Shown: piece by piece, positions 49,951 through 58,756 of the stretch | Layout: every line of letters begins with the position of its first letter | How positions within the stretch are numbered: position 1 is the first letter of the stretch | Program-made: the position numbers and the translations under genes | The notes under the pieces: generated by a model | Told to the model about the DNA's origin: nothing | Seen by the model: only the letters and a program-made list of their open reading frames with translations | Databases searched by the model: none | DNA from: an uncultured Thermodesulfobacteriota bacterium | GTDB taxonomy: Bacteria > Desulfobacterota > WTBG01 > CAIYCZ01 | Assembly (NCBI GenBank): GCA_964594075.1 | Contig: CAZQKW010000011.1 | Location: 1,480 to 65,479 of the forward strand | Length of the DNA stretch: 64,000 nucleotides | Reading direction: 5' to 3'

Positions 49951-51879
49951 ATGATGCTCATGAAAAAAATTATTCTTTTTTTAATCTTTGGTGCATTTTT
50001 CCCCTTAATCTTAATTGCTAAAACAGAGAGTAAAACTAATTCATTTACCGGTGTATGCCCTCCCTTTTACATTAAAGACGAACGGGGAGAGATTATTAAT
50101 CCCGTTACAAATCAAAACACGGATGTTCCTTATAGTCCAAAGCAAACCTGCGGAACAGCAGGCTGTCACAATTATGAAAAAATCACTATGGGTTATCACT
50201 TTCAGCAGGGAAAAGACGAACAGCCAAGTCAGAAGTTAAAAGAACTCTATCAGTGGGTTTTAAGCCCCGGCCAGTACGGCGGCCGGTGGTGAACGCCGGC
50301 ACCCAACTTTCGCCAGTTGGCGAAAAAAGAAAACAGCTCAGCCGCTGTAATTGACTTAACGTCTTTTGAGTTTGCCACAGCCGCTGCCTGCGGAAGCTGT
50401 CACCCTGGCGGCGGTCCCCTTGAGTACGACCGCAAAGGCAACCGTTATGACGTGTTTGCTGCGGACCCTAAAAATAATATCACCTCAGGAGGTGACAACG
50501 GGTTTGATGGCGACTATTTTAAAGCCCGCTGGGCGGAATCCGGGGTGGTTGAAGCTGATTGTCTTCTGTGCCACAGCCCCAGTTATGATATGAGTGCAAG
50601 AAACAAGCAGCTTGCAGTGTTTAATTATAAGTGGTCAGCATCGGCAGGGGCTGGTATCGCGCGCGTAACGGGGGAGGTAAAAAAAGGTGAGAAGCCGGTT
50701 ATCCAGTACCAAACTGATAAATTTAACAGCGACGGACATTTATCTGTGCCCATAATCAAGGAGGTTCCCACGGAGAACTGTTTGTTCTGCCATGCAGAGA
50801 CAGACTGGAAGAAGAAAGGCACCAGTTACAGCCATCGCTTTGATGTGCATCTGCGAGCTGGCATAAAATGTATTGAGTGCCATCCGGCAGGAACCAGTGC
50901 TGCCGATAGCCGAATCAACAGCAAAGAAGAGCACCATTTTGCAAAGGGTGATGATCCGGGGACTTTGGTGAGAGATGATCTTGATAATACAGTGATCACC
51001 TGTCAACAATGCCACGAAAAAGGTTTGCACCGAGCTCCTCTTATGAAGCACGCTTCATTCACTGATGGCAGCTTTGAAGTGCATCAGGAGAAAATCTCCT
51101 GCCAGGCCTGCCATGTTCCTCAGAAAGCGGTCAAGCCAGCACTCATTCAGGATAGCGTTGTATTGAACCCCAAACCCCGCGTGCCGGGTTTAAAACGCAT
51201 CTGGTCATTCTATGGTCCTGATGTCAAGCCGTGGAATTACTACGGAGAAGTTGACCTGACAAAAGGCAAAGGTAAACCGTTGTATTTTTATACCCCGCAA
51301 CTGCGCTGGTATAAGGAAAAAATATATCCGGTCAGCAGTCTTTATTCCATCTGGTATGGATTGAAGACCAATGGGAAGAACGGTCTTGATCAGGTTTTTA
51401 TGCAGGATATCGGGGACATGTGGTCTAACGCACAAGACTATCCCCTTCTTGCCAGCATAACCGATGATAATGGTGACGGCTTCAAGGAGGTTAACCGCTC
51501 AGAAGAAATTGACGCAGCAATTGCTTCCATGACAGCATATTTGAAGAAAAAGGGCAAACTCAATAAAGACCAGAAGGTTGTCTTGGTCAAGGGAAATGAA
51601 GCGCATCTGTCTGGCAAAGAGAAAGTTATGTTAGAGAAGCAGCCCTATGAATACTCAGCATACGGTGCCACCTTCAAATTGAGCCATGATATTGCACCGG
51701 CCAGCGCTGCCCTTGGCGCCGGGGGCTGTGCAGATTGCCACCGCAAAGAGGCGCCATTTTTTACTCAACTTTATATGGCAGAGCCATTCGGCGAAGATGG
51801 AAAGATCCAATGGTTGCCGGCTTATAAGGTGCTCAATTACAGCGAAGAGGCTCTAAAGGAGCAGACTCAGGAAAGGTGA
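49951..51879 (+). CDS. multiheme (7x CxxCH plus one CX4CH) c-type cytochrome with N-terminal signal peptide; the reading frame is interrupted by an in-frame TGA at 50290-50292 (readthrough/selenocysteine candidate, or pseudogene)
   Basis: ORFs 49951-50292 and 50317-51879 are in the same frame. The signal peptide (MKKIILFLIFGAFFPLILIA) is only on the first; the second has all the CxxCH sites, no signal peptide and only a TTG start. A hairpin at 50308-50325 lies 17 nt after the TGA. Confidence 0.6.
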
Positions 51880-51904
51880 TGTGCGATTTTGTAGAATGAT
51901 ATAA

Positions 51905-53242
51905 ATGCAGAAAGGCTTTAACAGCGTTATTATTATTATAAGCGTGCTTATTCCTCATATCCTATACGGAGCCTCGGATGTTGCACATACAAATATCTGG
52001 AATCCGTTAAAGGGTATTGCGCTCGGTTCAGGTAAATTTGATATATCTGGCAGCTTGCGGCTTCGTTATGAATATGTGGAAAATTATAACAGAAAAGAAT
52101 ACGGGCTTAAAAAGAATGACGGCTTTTTGCTGCAGCGGTTCAGACTGGAATTTGATGTGCACTGGGAAGACCGCCTGCGACTTTTTCTGCAGTTCCAGGA
52201 TGCACGGGTATTTGACTATAAGCTCAAAGATCGTGATTTTATTAGCAATCCCAATAAAGACGAACATGAGCTGCACCAGGCATTTGTAGAAGCACAGCCG
52301 GCATCTGTCGTTCCTGTCTATCTGAAGCTGGGCAGGCAGGTGATTGAGTATGGTGACAGTCGCATCTTCGGCCCCGGCGATTGGGGAAACACGGGGCGCG
52401 TGTTATGGGATGCAGCCAAGATCAGTTATCATGACGAGAACTGTGCCATAGATACATTTTACGGCAGACGAATAATACATGATCCGCACCAATTTAATGA
52501 TCATTATGACCGACAGGCGTATGGTTTGTATGGCACTATTTTTATGCCGCAGAAGAACGTTTTTGACGTCTTTTATGTCCTGGAACTTGACAATGAAAAA
52601 GACACCCAAGGAGAGTCAGGAAGTTACGGCGATCTGCGAGTGCATACCGCGGGGTTTAGAATGGCCGGGACATACCAGCGGTTTGATTATGACACGACCT
52701 ATGCCCGTCAGTTTGGCGGCTGGGGACCAGACACAATGAGGGCTTGGGCATTACATACCGGCGGTGGCTATACATTTTCTACCCTCTGGTCTCCACGCAT
52801 CGGGATAGATTATGCGTATGGTTCCGGTGATGATGACCCAACAGACGGAAAACACAAAACATTCAACCCGGCATTTGGCTCTATGGACAAATACTACGGG
52901 TGGATGAATCTTTTTTCATGGCGAAACATTATTAACTGGCAATTCAGTGCATCGGTGAGACCTCACCGGAAACTGAATCTTGTTCTTGACTATCACATGT
53001 TCCGTTTAGCCCAGAACAAGGATGCCTGGTACAGCACCGGCCCTGCATACCGGCGGGATGAAACGGGAAAGAGCGGCAGCGATGTGGGCGAGGAAATTGA
53101 TTTTACCCTTCACTTTTCTGTAACAGAGCATCTAAAACTCAGGGCAGGTTATGCACACTTCTTCCCGGGAGATTTTGTTGAGAACACCGGCGCGCATGGA
53201 AGTGCAGATTGGGTCCATTGCCAGTGGCTTTGGTTTTTTTAA
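51905..53242 (+). CDS. outer-membrane beta-barrel of the alginate-export (AlgE-like) family
   Basis: Signal peptide; alternating amphipathic strands; LRLRYEYVEN...; many aromatic-Gly strand ends; C-terminal ...WLWFF. Confidence 0.55.
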   Translation: MQKGFNSVIIIISVLIPHILYGASDVAHTNIWNPLKGIALGSGKFDISGSLRLRYEYVENYNRKEYGLKKNDGFLLQRFRLEFDVHWEDRLRLFLQFQDARVFDYKLKDRDFISNPNKDEHELHQAFVEAQPASVVPVYLKLGRQVIEYGDSRIFGPGDWGNTGRVLWDAAKISYHDENCAIDTFYGRRIIHDPHQFNDHYDRQAYGLYGTIFMPQKNVFDVFYVLELDNEKDTQGESGSYGDLRVHTAGFRMAGTYQRFDYDTTYARQFGGWGPDTMRAWALHTGGGYTFSTLWSPRIGIDYAYGSGDDDPTDGKHKTFNPAFGSMDKYYGWMNLFSWRNIINWQFSASVRPHRKLNLVLDYHMFRLAQNKDAWYSTGPAYRRDETGKSGSDVGEEIDFTLHFSVTEHLKLRAGYAHFFPGDFVENTGAHGSADWVHCQWLWFF

Positions 53243-53273
53243 GCTGTTATAAATATAGGAAAGGAGTAATTGT

Positions 53274-53687
53274 ATGAAAATTACCATCATCGGCGTGGTC
53301 CCTCCCTGTCCCCGGTGCCAGCGGATTTACGATCTAACTATAGAAGCGGTTAACGAATTGGGGGCAAAAGCAGAGATAAAGAAAATTGCCTATGATTCTG
53401 ATGAAGCAAAACAGTTCGGCAGGGTGGGCACTGTTCATGATATTGCCGAATGGGCGCAGATTGACATCGACTGGAGAAAAATCTGGGACATTGCCACAGA
53501 AGGCTGGTCGCAGGAACTTGATGAACTGATGATGCCGTGCAAACAGCGGGCCGGCATTGAAGGATGGCTGATGACTCCGGTATTGTTGCTTGACGACACG
53601 GTTGCCGCCATGGGCTATGTTCCAGACAAAGAATACATCAAAACAGCAATAAAAAAACACTTGCAGAAAGGAGCGCACAACGCATGA
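53274..53687 (+). CDS. thioredoxin-fold CxxC protein (Trx_3-like core split by a ~50-aa insertion)
   Basis: KITIIGVVPPCPRCQ N-terminus and TPVLLLDDTVAAMGYVPDKEYIK C-terminus match the Trx_3 fold; the middle segment is extra. Its stop overlaps the next start (ATGA). Confidence 0.5.
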   Translation: MKITIIGVVPPCPRCQRIYDLTIEAVNELGAKAEIKKIAYDSDEAKQFGRVGTVHDIAEWAQIDIDWRKIWDIATEGWSQELDELMMPCKQRAGIEGWLMTPVLLLDDTVAAMGYVPDKEYIKTAIKKHLQKGAHNA

Positions 53688-53914
53688 AAATCGAAATTCT
53701 GGGAACCGGTTGCCCGAAATGTAAGAAGCTTTTTGAGAATGCTCAGGAAGCGGCAAAAGCGCTCGGTATAGCAGCCGAGATAGTAAAAGTGGAAGATATC
53801 CAGCAGATCATGAATGCCGGCGTCATGATTACGCCGGCACTGGCAGTTGACGGCGAGGTCAAGGCTGCGGGAAAAGTATTAAGTGTGGATGAAATCAAGA
53901 AAATTATCGAGTAA
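53684..53914 (+). CDS. small thioredoxin-family protein (Trx_3 / redox-active disulfide protein 2 type)
   Basis: MKIEILGTGCPKCKKL...MITPALAVDGEVKAAGKVLSVDEIKKIIE; 76 aa. Confidence 0.7.
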   Translation: MKIEILGTGCPKCKKLFENAQEAAKALGIAAEIVKVEDIQQIMNAGVMITPALAVDGEVKAAGKVLSVDEIKKIIE

Positions 53915-53986
53915 GAGGGAAGCCGTTCAAAAGACACAAGACAAAGTAAAAGAGCAGCTTGCACAACCCATTACGAGAGAGGTGGC

Positions 53987-54439
53987 ATGATGAAAAAAAT
54001 ACATCTGGTAATAATAATAGCTGCATGGTGCTGCGGTCTCGTGGCAAACAGCCTGTTCAATAGCGCCCGGGCAGAAACGCGGAAAGAGCAGAAACCGGAT
54101 AAAGGAACCGTCGTCGCCTATTACTTTCATGGAAATTTCCGCTGTTATAGCTGTTTCACGATTGAACAGTATGCAAAAGAAGCAATTGAAAAATATTTTC
54201 CTGAACAGCTTAAAAACGGCAGGCTTTCATTTCAGCCCATAAATATTGAAGAGAAGGGAAATGAACATTTTATACAGGATTATCAGCTTTATACCCGCTC
54301 TCTGATCCTTGCTGTATTTAAGAATGGCAAACAGGTTAAGTGGATAAACCTTGAGAAAGTGTGGAATTATATTAGAGACCGGGATGCCTTTTATAACTAT
54401 GTAAAAACCGAAGTTGAAAAATATTTAAAGCACCTATAA
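53987..54439 (+). CDS. periplasmic (signal-peptide) thioredoxin-fold CxxC protein
   Basis: Signal peptide MMKKIHLVIIIAAWCCGLVANSLF. VVAYYFHGNFRCYSCF CxxC motif. Confidence 0.5.
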   Translation: MMKKIHLVIIIAAWCCGLVANSLFNSARAETRKEQKPDKGTVVAYYFHGNFRCYSCFTIEQYAKEAIEKYFPEQLKNGRLSFQPINIEEKGNEHFIQDYQLYTRSLILAVFKNGKQVKWINLEKVWNYIRDRDAFYNYVKTEVEKYLKHL

Positions 54440-54443
54440 GCAA

Positions 54444-55139
54444 ATGGAACTGTCTTTTCTTCCGCTTGTTTCCGCTTTATGGCTGGGTATTCTGACATCG
54501 GTCAATCCCTGCCCGCTTGCTTCAAATATAGCGGCAGTGTCTTTTATCATGAAGCGCATAGACAGATCTTCGGTTGTCTTGTCCTCGGGTTTTTCCTATA
54601 CGCTGGGCAGAATGACCTGTTATACGGTTCTGGGCGTGCTGCTCACCTCATCGCTGCTGGCCATTCCCCAGACTGCCCAGTTTCTGCAGAAACATATGAA
54701 CCAGGTCATGGGACCGGTCTTACTGTTCACCGGGTTATTTTTGCTCGGTCTGATTAAAGTCCCCGTCACCAGCTTTTCATTATCGGACCGTGTCAACAGC
54801 CGTATGGCCGACACAGGTGTCATGAGCTCATTTCCGCTGGGTGTTCTATTTGCCCTCTCCTTTTGTCCGGCATCAGCCGCCATATTCTTCGGCAGTCTGC
54901 TGCCCCTGTCGCTCAAACATAGTTCACCCGTTTTATTTCCCGCGGTCTATGGTATTGGCACGGGCCTGCCGGTGATTGCGTTTGCGTTTTTTATTTCTTT
55001 CGGGGCAAAAAATATCGGCCTCCTGTTCAAGAAGGTGACCGCCGTTGAATACTGGATCAGAAAGGCAACCGGCATAATATTTATCCTGATCGGGATATAT
55101 TATATCATGGTCCACATTTTCTATCTACAGATACTATAA
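54444..55139 (+). CDS. ccdA: CcdA/DsbD-transmembrane-domain family thiol:disulfide transporter
   Basis: TM1 SVNPCPLA and TM4 ALSFCPASAAIF conserved Cys pair. 6 TM. Confidence 0.75.
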   Translation: MELSFLPLVSALWLGILTSVNPCPLASNIAAVSFIMKRIDRSSVVLSSGFSYTLGRMTCYTVLGVLLTSSLLAIPQTAQFLQKHMNQVMGPVLLFTGLFLLGLIKVPVTSFSLSDRVNSRMADTGVMSSFPLGVLFALSFCPASAAIFFGSLLPLSLKHSSPVLFPAVYGIGTGLPVIAFAFFISFGAKNIGLLFKKVTAVEYWIRKATGIIFILIGIYYIMVHIFYLQIL

Positions 55140-55140
55140 A

Positions 55141-56427
55141 TTGTTTTGGTATGGTTCGTTTGGTCAACAAACAATGAAATTCAAACCTGAATTGCACGCA
55201 ACTGTAGATGAGCACAATCGTTTAATCCTGCCACCAGAAATTGTTGCTCAATTAGGATTACGTCCCGGCAATAGCATTCCTATCAGTCCGGGACGGCACT
55301 GCATATCTGTGCGCCAGCCAATAACGCATCTGAAAAAGATCTATATTGAACCGACCAATCAATGCAATTTGTCCTGCCGTATGTGCATTCGCTCGGTATG
55401 GAAAGAGCCTCTGGGGCAGATGACGCTTGAAACGTTCAATCATATTATTCAAAGTTTGCGCGAGCTTTCGGGACCGTTAACCGTTGTATTCGGCGGCTTC
55501 GGCGAGCCGTTGTTTCACCCGGATATCATCACCATGATAGCAGCCCTGAAAGAACTTGGCGCATCGGTTGAATTAATTACCAATGGCACGTTGCTGACCG
55601 AAGAGTTTTCGCGCGCGTTCCTTGAAACCGGCATTGATGTGCTGTGGCTCTCCCTGGATGGCGCATCACCGGAAAGCTATGCCGATGTCCGGCTTGGAGC
55701 GATGCTGCCGGAAGTGCTGGCAAATATGTCCCGCCTGCGTTACAGTTCATGGGCATACCAGTATCCCCAGCCGCATTTGGGTATCGTTTTCGTCGCTATG
55801 AAGCGCAATATTGCGGACCTGCCGGCAGTCATGACCATCGGGTCGCAACTGAAGGCTGATCGTTTTATTATAACTAATGTGCTTCCATATACTTCGGAAC
55901 TGCTGCCCGAAGTGCTTTATACCCGAACCATAGGCGATATTGCTGTGGCGCCGTCTCCTTGGGCGCCGTATATCAATTTTTCAAAAATGGACATGAATGA
56001 TGACACCCGGGAGACTCTCCATCGTGTGATCCGCTCCTGGCGAATAACCAGTTATCATAAAGACGACATGGGCGAATCGGCAAATTATTGCCCGTTTATT
56101 GAAGGCGGCGCAACTGCGATAAGCTGGGACGGCTCGGTCAGTCCCTGCCTGCCGCTCATGCATTCCCACGAAAGTTATTTGCACGACCGGCGGCGCTTTT
56201 CCCGGCGCCACGTCATCGGCAATATTGCAAACCAGTCGTTGCGTGATTTGTGGAACAACCCTCAGTATGTCGCCCTGCGACAACGGGTGCAGGACTTTGA
56301 CTTCTCGCCGTGCACGTTTTGCGGCGGCTGCGATCTTTCGGAAGCCAATGAAGAAGATTGCTTCGGCAACGTCTTCCCGACCTGTGGCGGCTGTCTCTGG
56401 GCACAGGGTGTGATTCAATGTCCGTAA
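55141..56427 (+). CDS. radical SAM enzyme with N-terminal AbrB/MazE-like swapped-hairpin domain and C-terminal Cys-rich SPASM/twitch-like domain (paralog 1); start may be ATG 55174
   Basis: HNRLILPPEIVAQLGLRPG (AbrB-like). CNLSCRMC CxxxCxxC. GGFGEPL. C-terminal CPFIEGG...SPCLP...CTFCGGC...CGGCLWAQG. Confidence 0.7.
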   Translation: MFWYGSFGQQTMKFKPELHATVDEHNRLILPPEIVAQLGLRPGNSIPISPGRHCISVRQPITHLKKIYIEPTNQCNLSCRMCIRSVWKEPLGQMTLETFNHIIQSLRELSGPLTVVFGGFGEPLFHPDIITMIAALKELGASVELITNGTLLTEEFSRAFLETGIDVLWLSLDGASPESYADVRLGAMLPEVLANMSRLRYSSWAYQYPQPHLGIVFVAMKRNIADLPAVMTIGSQLKADRFIITNVLPYTSELLPEVLYTRTIGDIAVAPSPWAPYINFSKMDMNDDTRETLHRVIRSWRITSYHKDDMGESANYCPFIEGGATAISWDGSVSPCLPLMHSHESYLHDRRRFSRRHVIGNIANQSLRDLWNNPQYVALRQRVQDFDFSPCTFCGGCDLSEANEEDCFGNVFPTCGGCLWAQGVIQCP

Positions 56428-56501
56428 TTGCTGAAAGATTAAAAGAAAAAGGCGCACCGCTGTGAAAAAGGGTCTCACGAGTTGTTTTTCTTGCGCCCTC
56501 C

Positions 56502-57782
56502 TTGCCGGTGCGCCCCTGTGCCTATTTGCCTCTGCTTATGAAACTCAAACCCGATTCATACGCGCATATTGATAGCGACGGCCGGCTTGTTATTCCGCAG
56601 GAAATTGCATTCTGCTATGGATACAAACCCGGAGCCGTTGTGCCTCTGAATGAGGCTGAACAAAACATAACGTTGCGCTTGCCGCCCACCCACCTGAAAA
56701 AAGTCTATATAGAGCCTACCAATCGCTGCAATCTTGCGTGCCGCATGTGCATCCGCAGAACCTGGGATGAACCGCTGGGCAGAATGGCGCAAAATATTTT
56801 TAAGCGTATCCTTGAAGGCCTGCGTGATTTCTCTCCGACCCCTTCCATTGTGTTCGGCGGGTTTGGTGAACCGCTCTCTCATCCTGATATTGTGGCAATG
56901 GTTCAGGAAGCGAAACACCTCAAGGCGCAGGTGGAGTTGATTACCAATGCAACCCTGCTTTCTGAGGATCTTGCCCGCAGTCTCGTAGCCGCGCGTCTTG
57001 ATGTGCTGTGGGTTTCAATTGAGGGGGCCAAAACGGCAAGTTATGCAGACGTGCGGTTAGGGGGTGAATTAACCACGGTGCTGGATAATATACGCCGGTT
57101 CCGCGACAGCAGACAGGCATACCGGACGGACATTGGCGTCGTGTTTGTTGCCATGAAACGCAACGTCCACGAACTGCCGGCTGTCATGCAGCTCGCCAAA
57201 GACCTCGGCGCAAACCGTTTTCTGGTAACCAATGTTCTGCCCTATACAGAAGAGCTGTGCGCCGAAACGCTCTATACCTGCGAACCGATTCACGAGACCA
57301 ATCCATTTTTAAATCTGAATAATTCGTTTGAACTTTGTAAAATGGATTTCAACGAGGCAACCAGCATGCCGCTGCAAACCATAATCCATCATGCGAGTAT
57401 CCTGAACGACACTGCGACCAATGCCAGCATGATGCAGAATTACTGCCCTTTCATAGAGGGCGGTTCAGTTGCGATCTGCTGGGATGGACGTGTCAGCCCG
57501 TGTCTGCCGCTCATGCATACCCACACGAGTTTCTTAAGAGACCGAAAACGGCTTACCAAATGTTTTCATGTCGGCTCGATTGCGGATCAGGGTCTGAAGG
57601 AAATCTGGAATTCCGCTGTTAACATCGCTTTTCGGCGGCGCATCCAGGCCTTTATGTTTGCTTCCTGCACGTCGTGCAAAGGCTGTGAGCTGGCGGAGAA
57701 GAATGAAACAGACTGTTTGGGCAATGGCTTTCCATCCTGCGGCGGCTGTTTATGGGCGCAGGGATACATCCGGTGTCCGTAA
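56502..57782 (+). CDS. radical SAM enzyme with AbrB-like N-domain and SPASM-like C-domain (paralog 2; about 60% identical to paralog 1); start may be ATG 56538
   Basis: DGRLVIPQEIAFCYGYKPG. CNLACRMC. C-terminal CPFIEGG...SPCLP...CTSCKGC...CGGCLWAQG. Confidence 0.7.
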   Translation: MPVRPCAYLPLLMKLKPDSYAHIDSDGRLVIPQEIAFCYGYKPGAVVPLNEAEQNITLRLPPTHLKKVYIEPTNRCNLACRMCIRRTWDEPLGRMAQNIFKRILEGLRDFSPTPSIVFGGFGEPLSHPDIVAMVQEAKHLKAQVELITNATLLSEDLARSLVAARLDVLWVSIEGAKTASYADVRLGGELTTVLDNIRRFRDSRQAYRTDIGVVFVAMKRNVHELPAVMQLAKDLGANRFLVTNVLPYTEELCAETLYTCEPIHETNPFLNLNNSFELCKMDFNEATSMPLQTIIHHASILNDTATNASMMQNYCPFIEGGSVAICWDGRVSPCLPLMHTHTSFLRDRKRLTKCFHVGSIADQGLKEIWNSAVNIAFRRRIQAFMFASCTSCKGCELAEKNETDCLGNGFPSCGGCLWAQGYIRCP

Positions 57783-57987
57783 AACACGGGAGAAAGAATT
57801 CACGGAATCACGGGTCCGCTTGGTGCTTGGGGGCATGAACCATTACGTGCAGCCCCTGGTAATTAAATTTTGGCCTTGTTGAGAATTTTTCATTACCGCA
57901 GGTCGTTGAAAATTGTTATAAAAAGGTCTGTGAAAATATATCTCAAATCTCTTGGGATAGGATTTCGGATAGAGAAAGGGGGTGGAT

Positions 57988-58230
57988 ATGCTCACCATTA
58001 GAATACTGGGCACTGGCTGTGCAAGCTGCGATAATCTGCACCAAGAAGTTATAAACACTCTGGCCGAGCTGAACATTGCCGCTGATGTCCGCCACGAACG
58101 CAATGTCGCGGAATTCTATAAATACGGCGTGGCAGCAACGCCCGCGCTGGTTATTAATGGAAAGGTAAAGGCGGCTGGCAGAGTCCCGTCAAAAAGAGAG
58201 ATTGTCGAGTGGGTAAAAGCCGCCGGATGA
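57988..58230 (+). CDS. small thioredoxin-family protein (Trx_3 type), third copy
   Basis: GGGGGTGG RBS. MLTIRILGTGCASCDNL...ATPALVINGKVKAAGRVPSKREIVEWV. Confidence 0.7.
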   Translation: MLTIRILGTGCASCDNLHQEVINTLAELNIAADVRHERNVAEFYKYGVAATPALVINGKVKAAGRVPSKREIVEWVKAAG

Positions 58231-58262
58231 AATTCTTGAGACCCAGCCCGGGAAACATGCCG

Positions 58263-58685
58263 TTAAACAAACGGCAGCGGCTTGCCGGTGCGGAATGCAA
58301 GCGCCTGGCAGGTGGCAATAAGCCGACCATCCTGATCATGCACTCGAATATCATAGGTTGCGGTCTGCTTGGTGCTGCTGATTTCCCGCGCCTCGGCGCG
58401 CAGTCTTCCCCTGCCTTTTGGACTTGACACATAGGTGACACTGACATTAAGCGCCACCGTAACCACCCCGCAGGTCTGGCATACTGTTTCAAATGCCTCG
58501 TCAATTAAAGAAAAGATGGCGCCGCCGTGTGCCCGGCTGAAAATGTTGTCCATGGTCTCCGGCTCGTAGGTCATCTGCACTGCTGAAAAGCCTTCCTCAA
58601 GCGCCACCAGTTCCAGCTTCATCAACTGCGCAAACGGCTCCCTTTCTACGATCTGCTGAATAGCTTGTTTGACTTGTGGGTCCAT
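58263..58685 (-). CDS. hotdog-fold acyl-CoA thioesterase (PaaI/YdiI-like)
   Basis: HGGAIFSLIDEAFETV motif; 140 aa. Confidence 0.65.
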   Translation of the reverse strand: MDPQVKQAIQQIVEREPFAQLMKLELVALEEGFSAVQMTYEPETMDNIFSRAHGGAIFSLIDEAFETVCQTCGVVTVALNVSVTYVSSPKGRGRLRAEAREISSTKQTATYDIRVHDQDGRLIATCQALAFRTGKPLPFV

Positions 58686-58756
58686 GCTGTCTCCTCGCCG
58701 CTCAATGTTTAGCGCATATCATTTAAAACCGCCCCTTTTATGTTTCCGGCATTAGG

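Noticed and set aside
50290-50317. Treating 49951-50292 and 50317-51879 as two independent genes
   Set aside because: They share one frame. The downstream ORF has no signal peptide, which is obligatory for c-type heme attachment. It also lacks an ATG and a convincing RBS. I call it a single interrupted gene.
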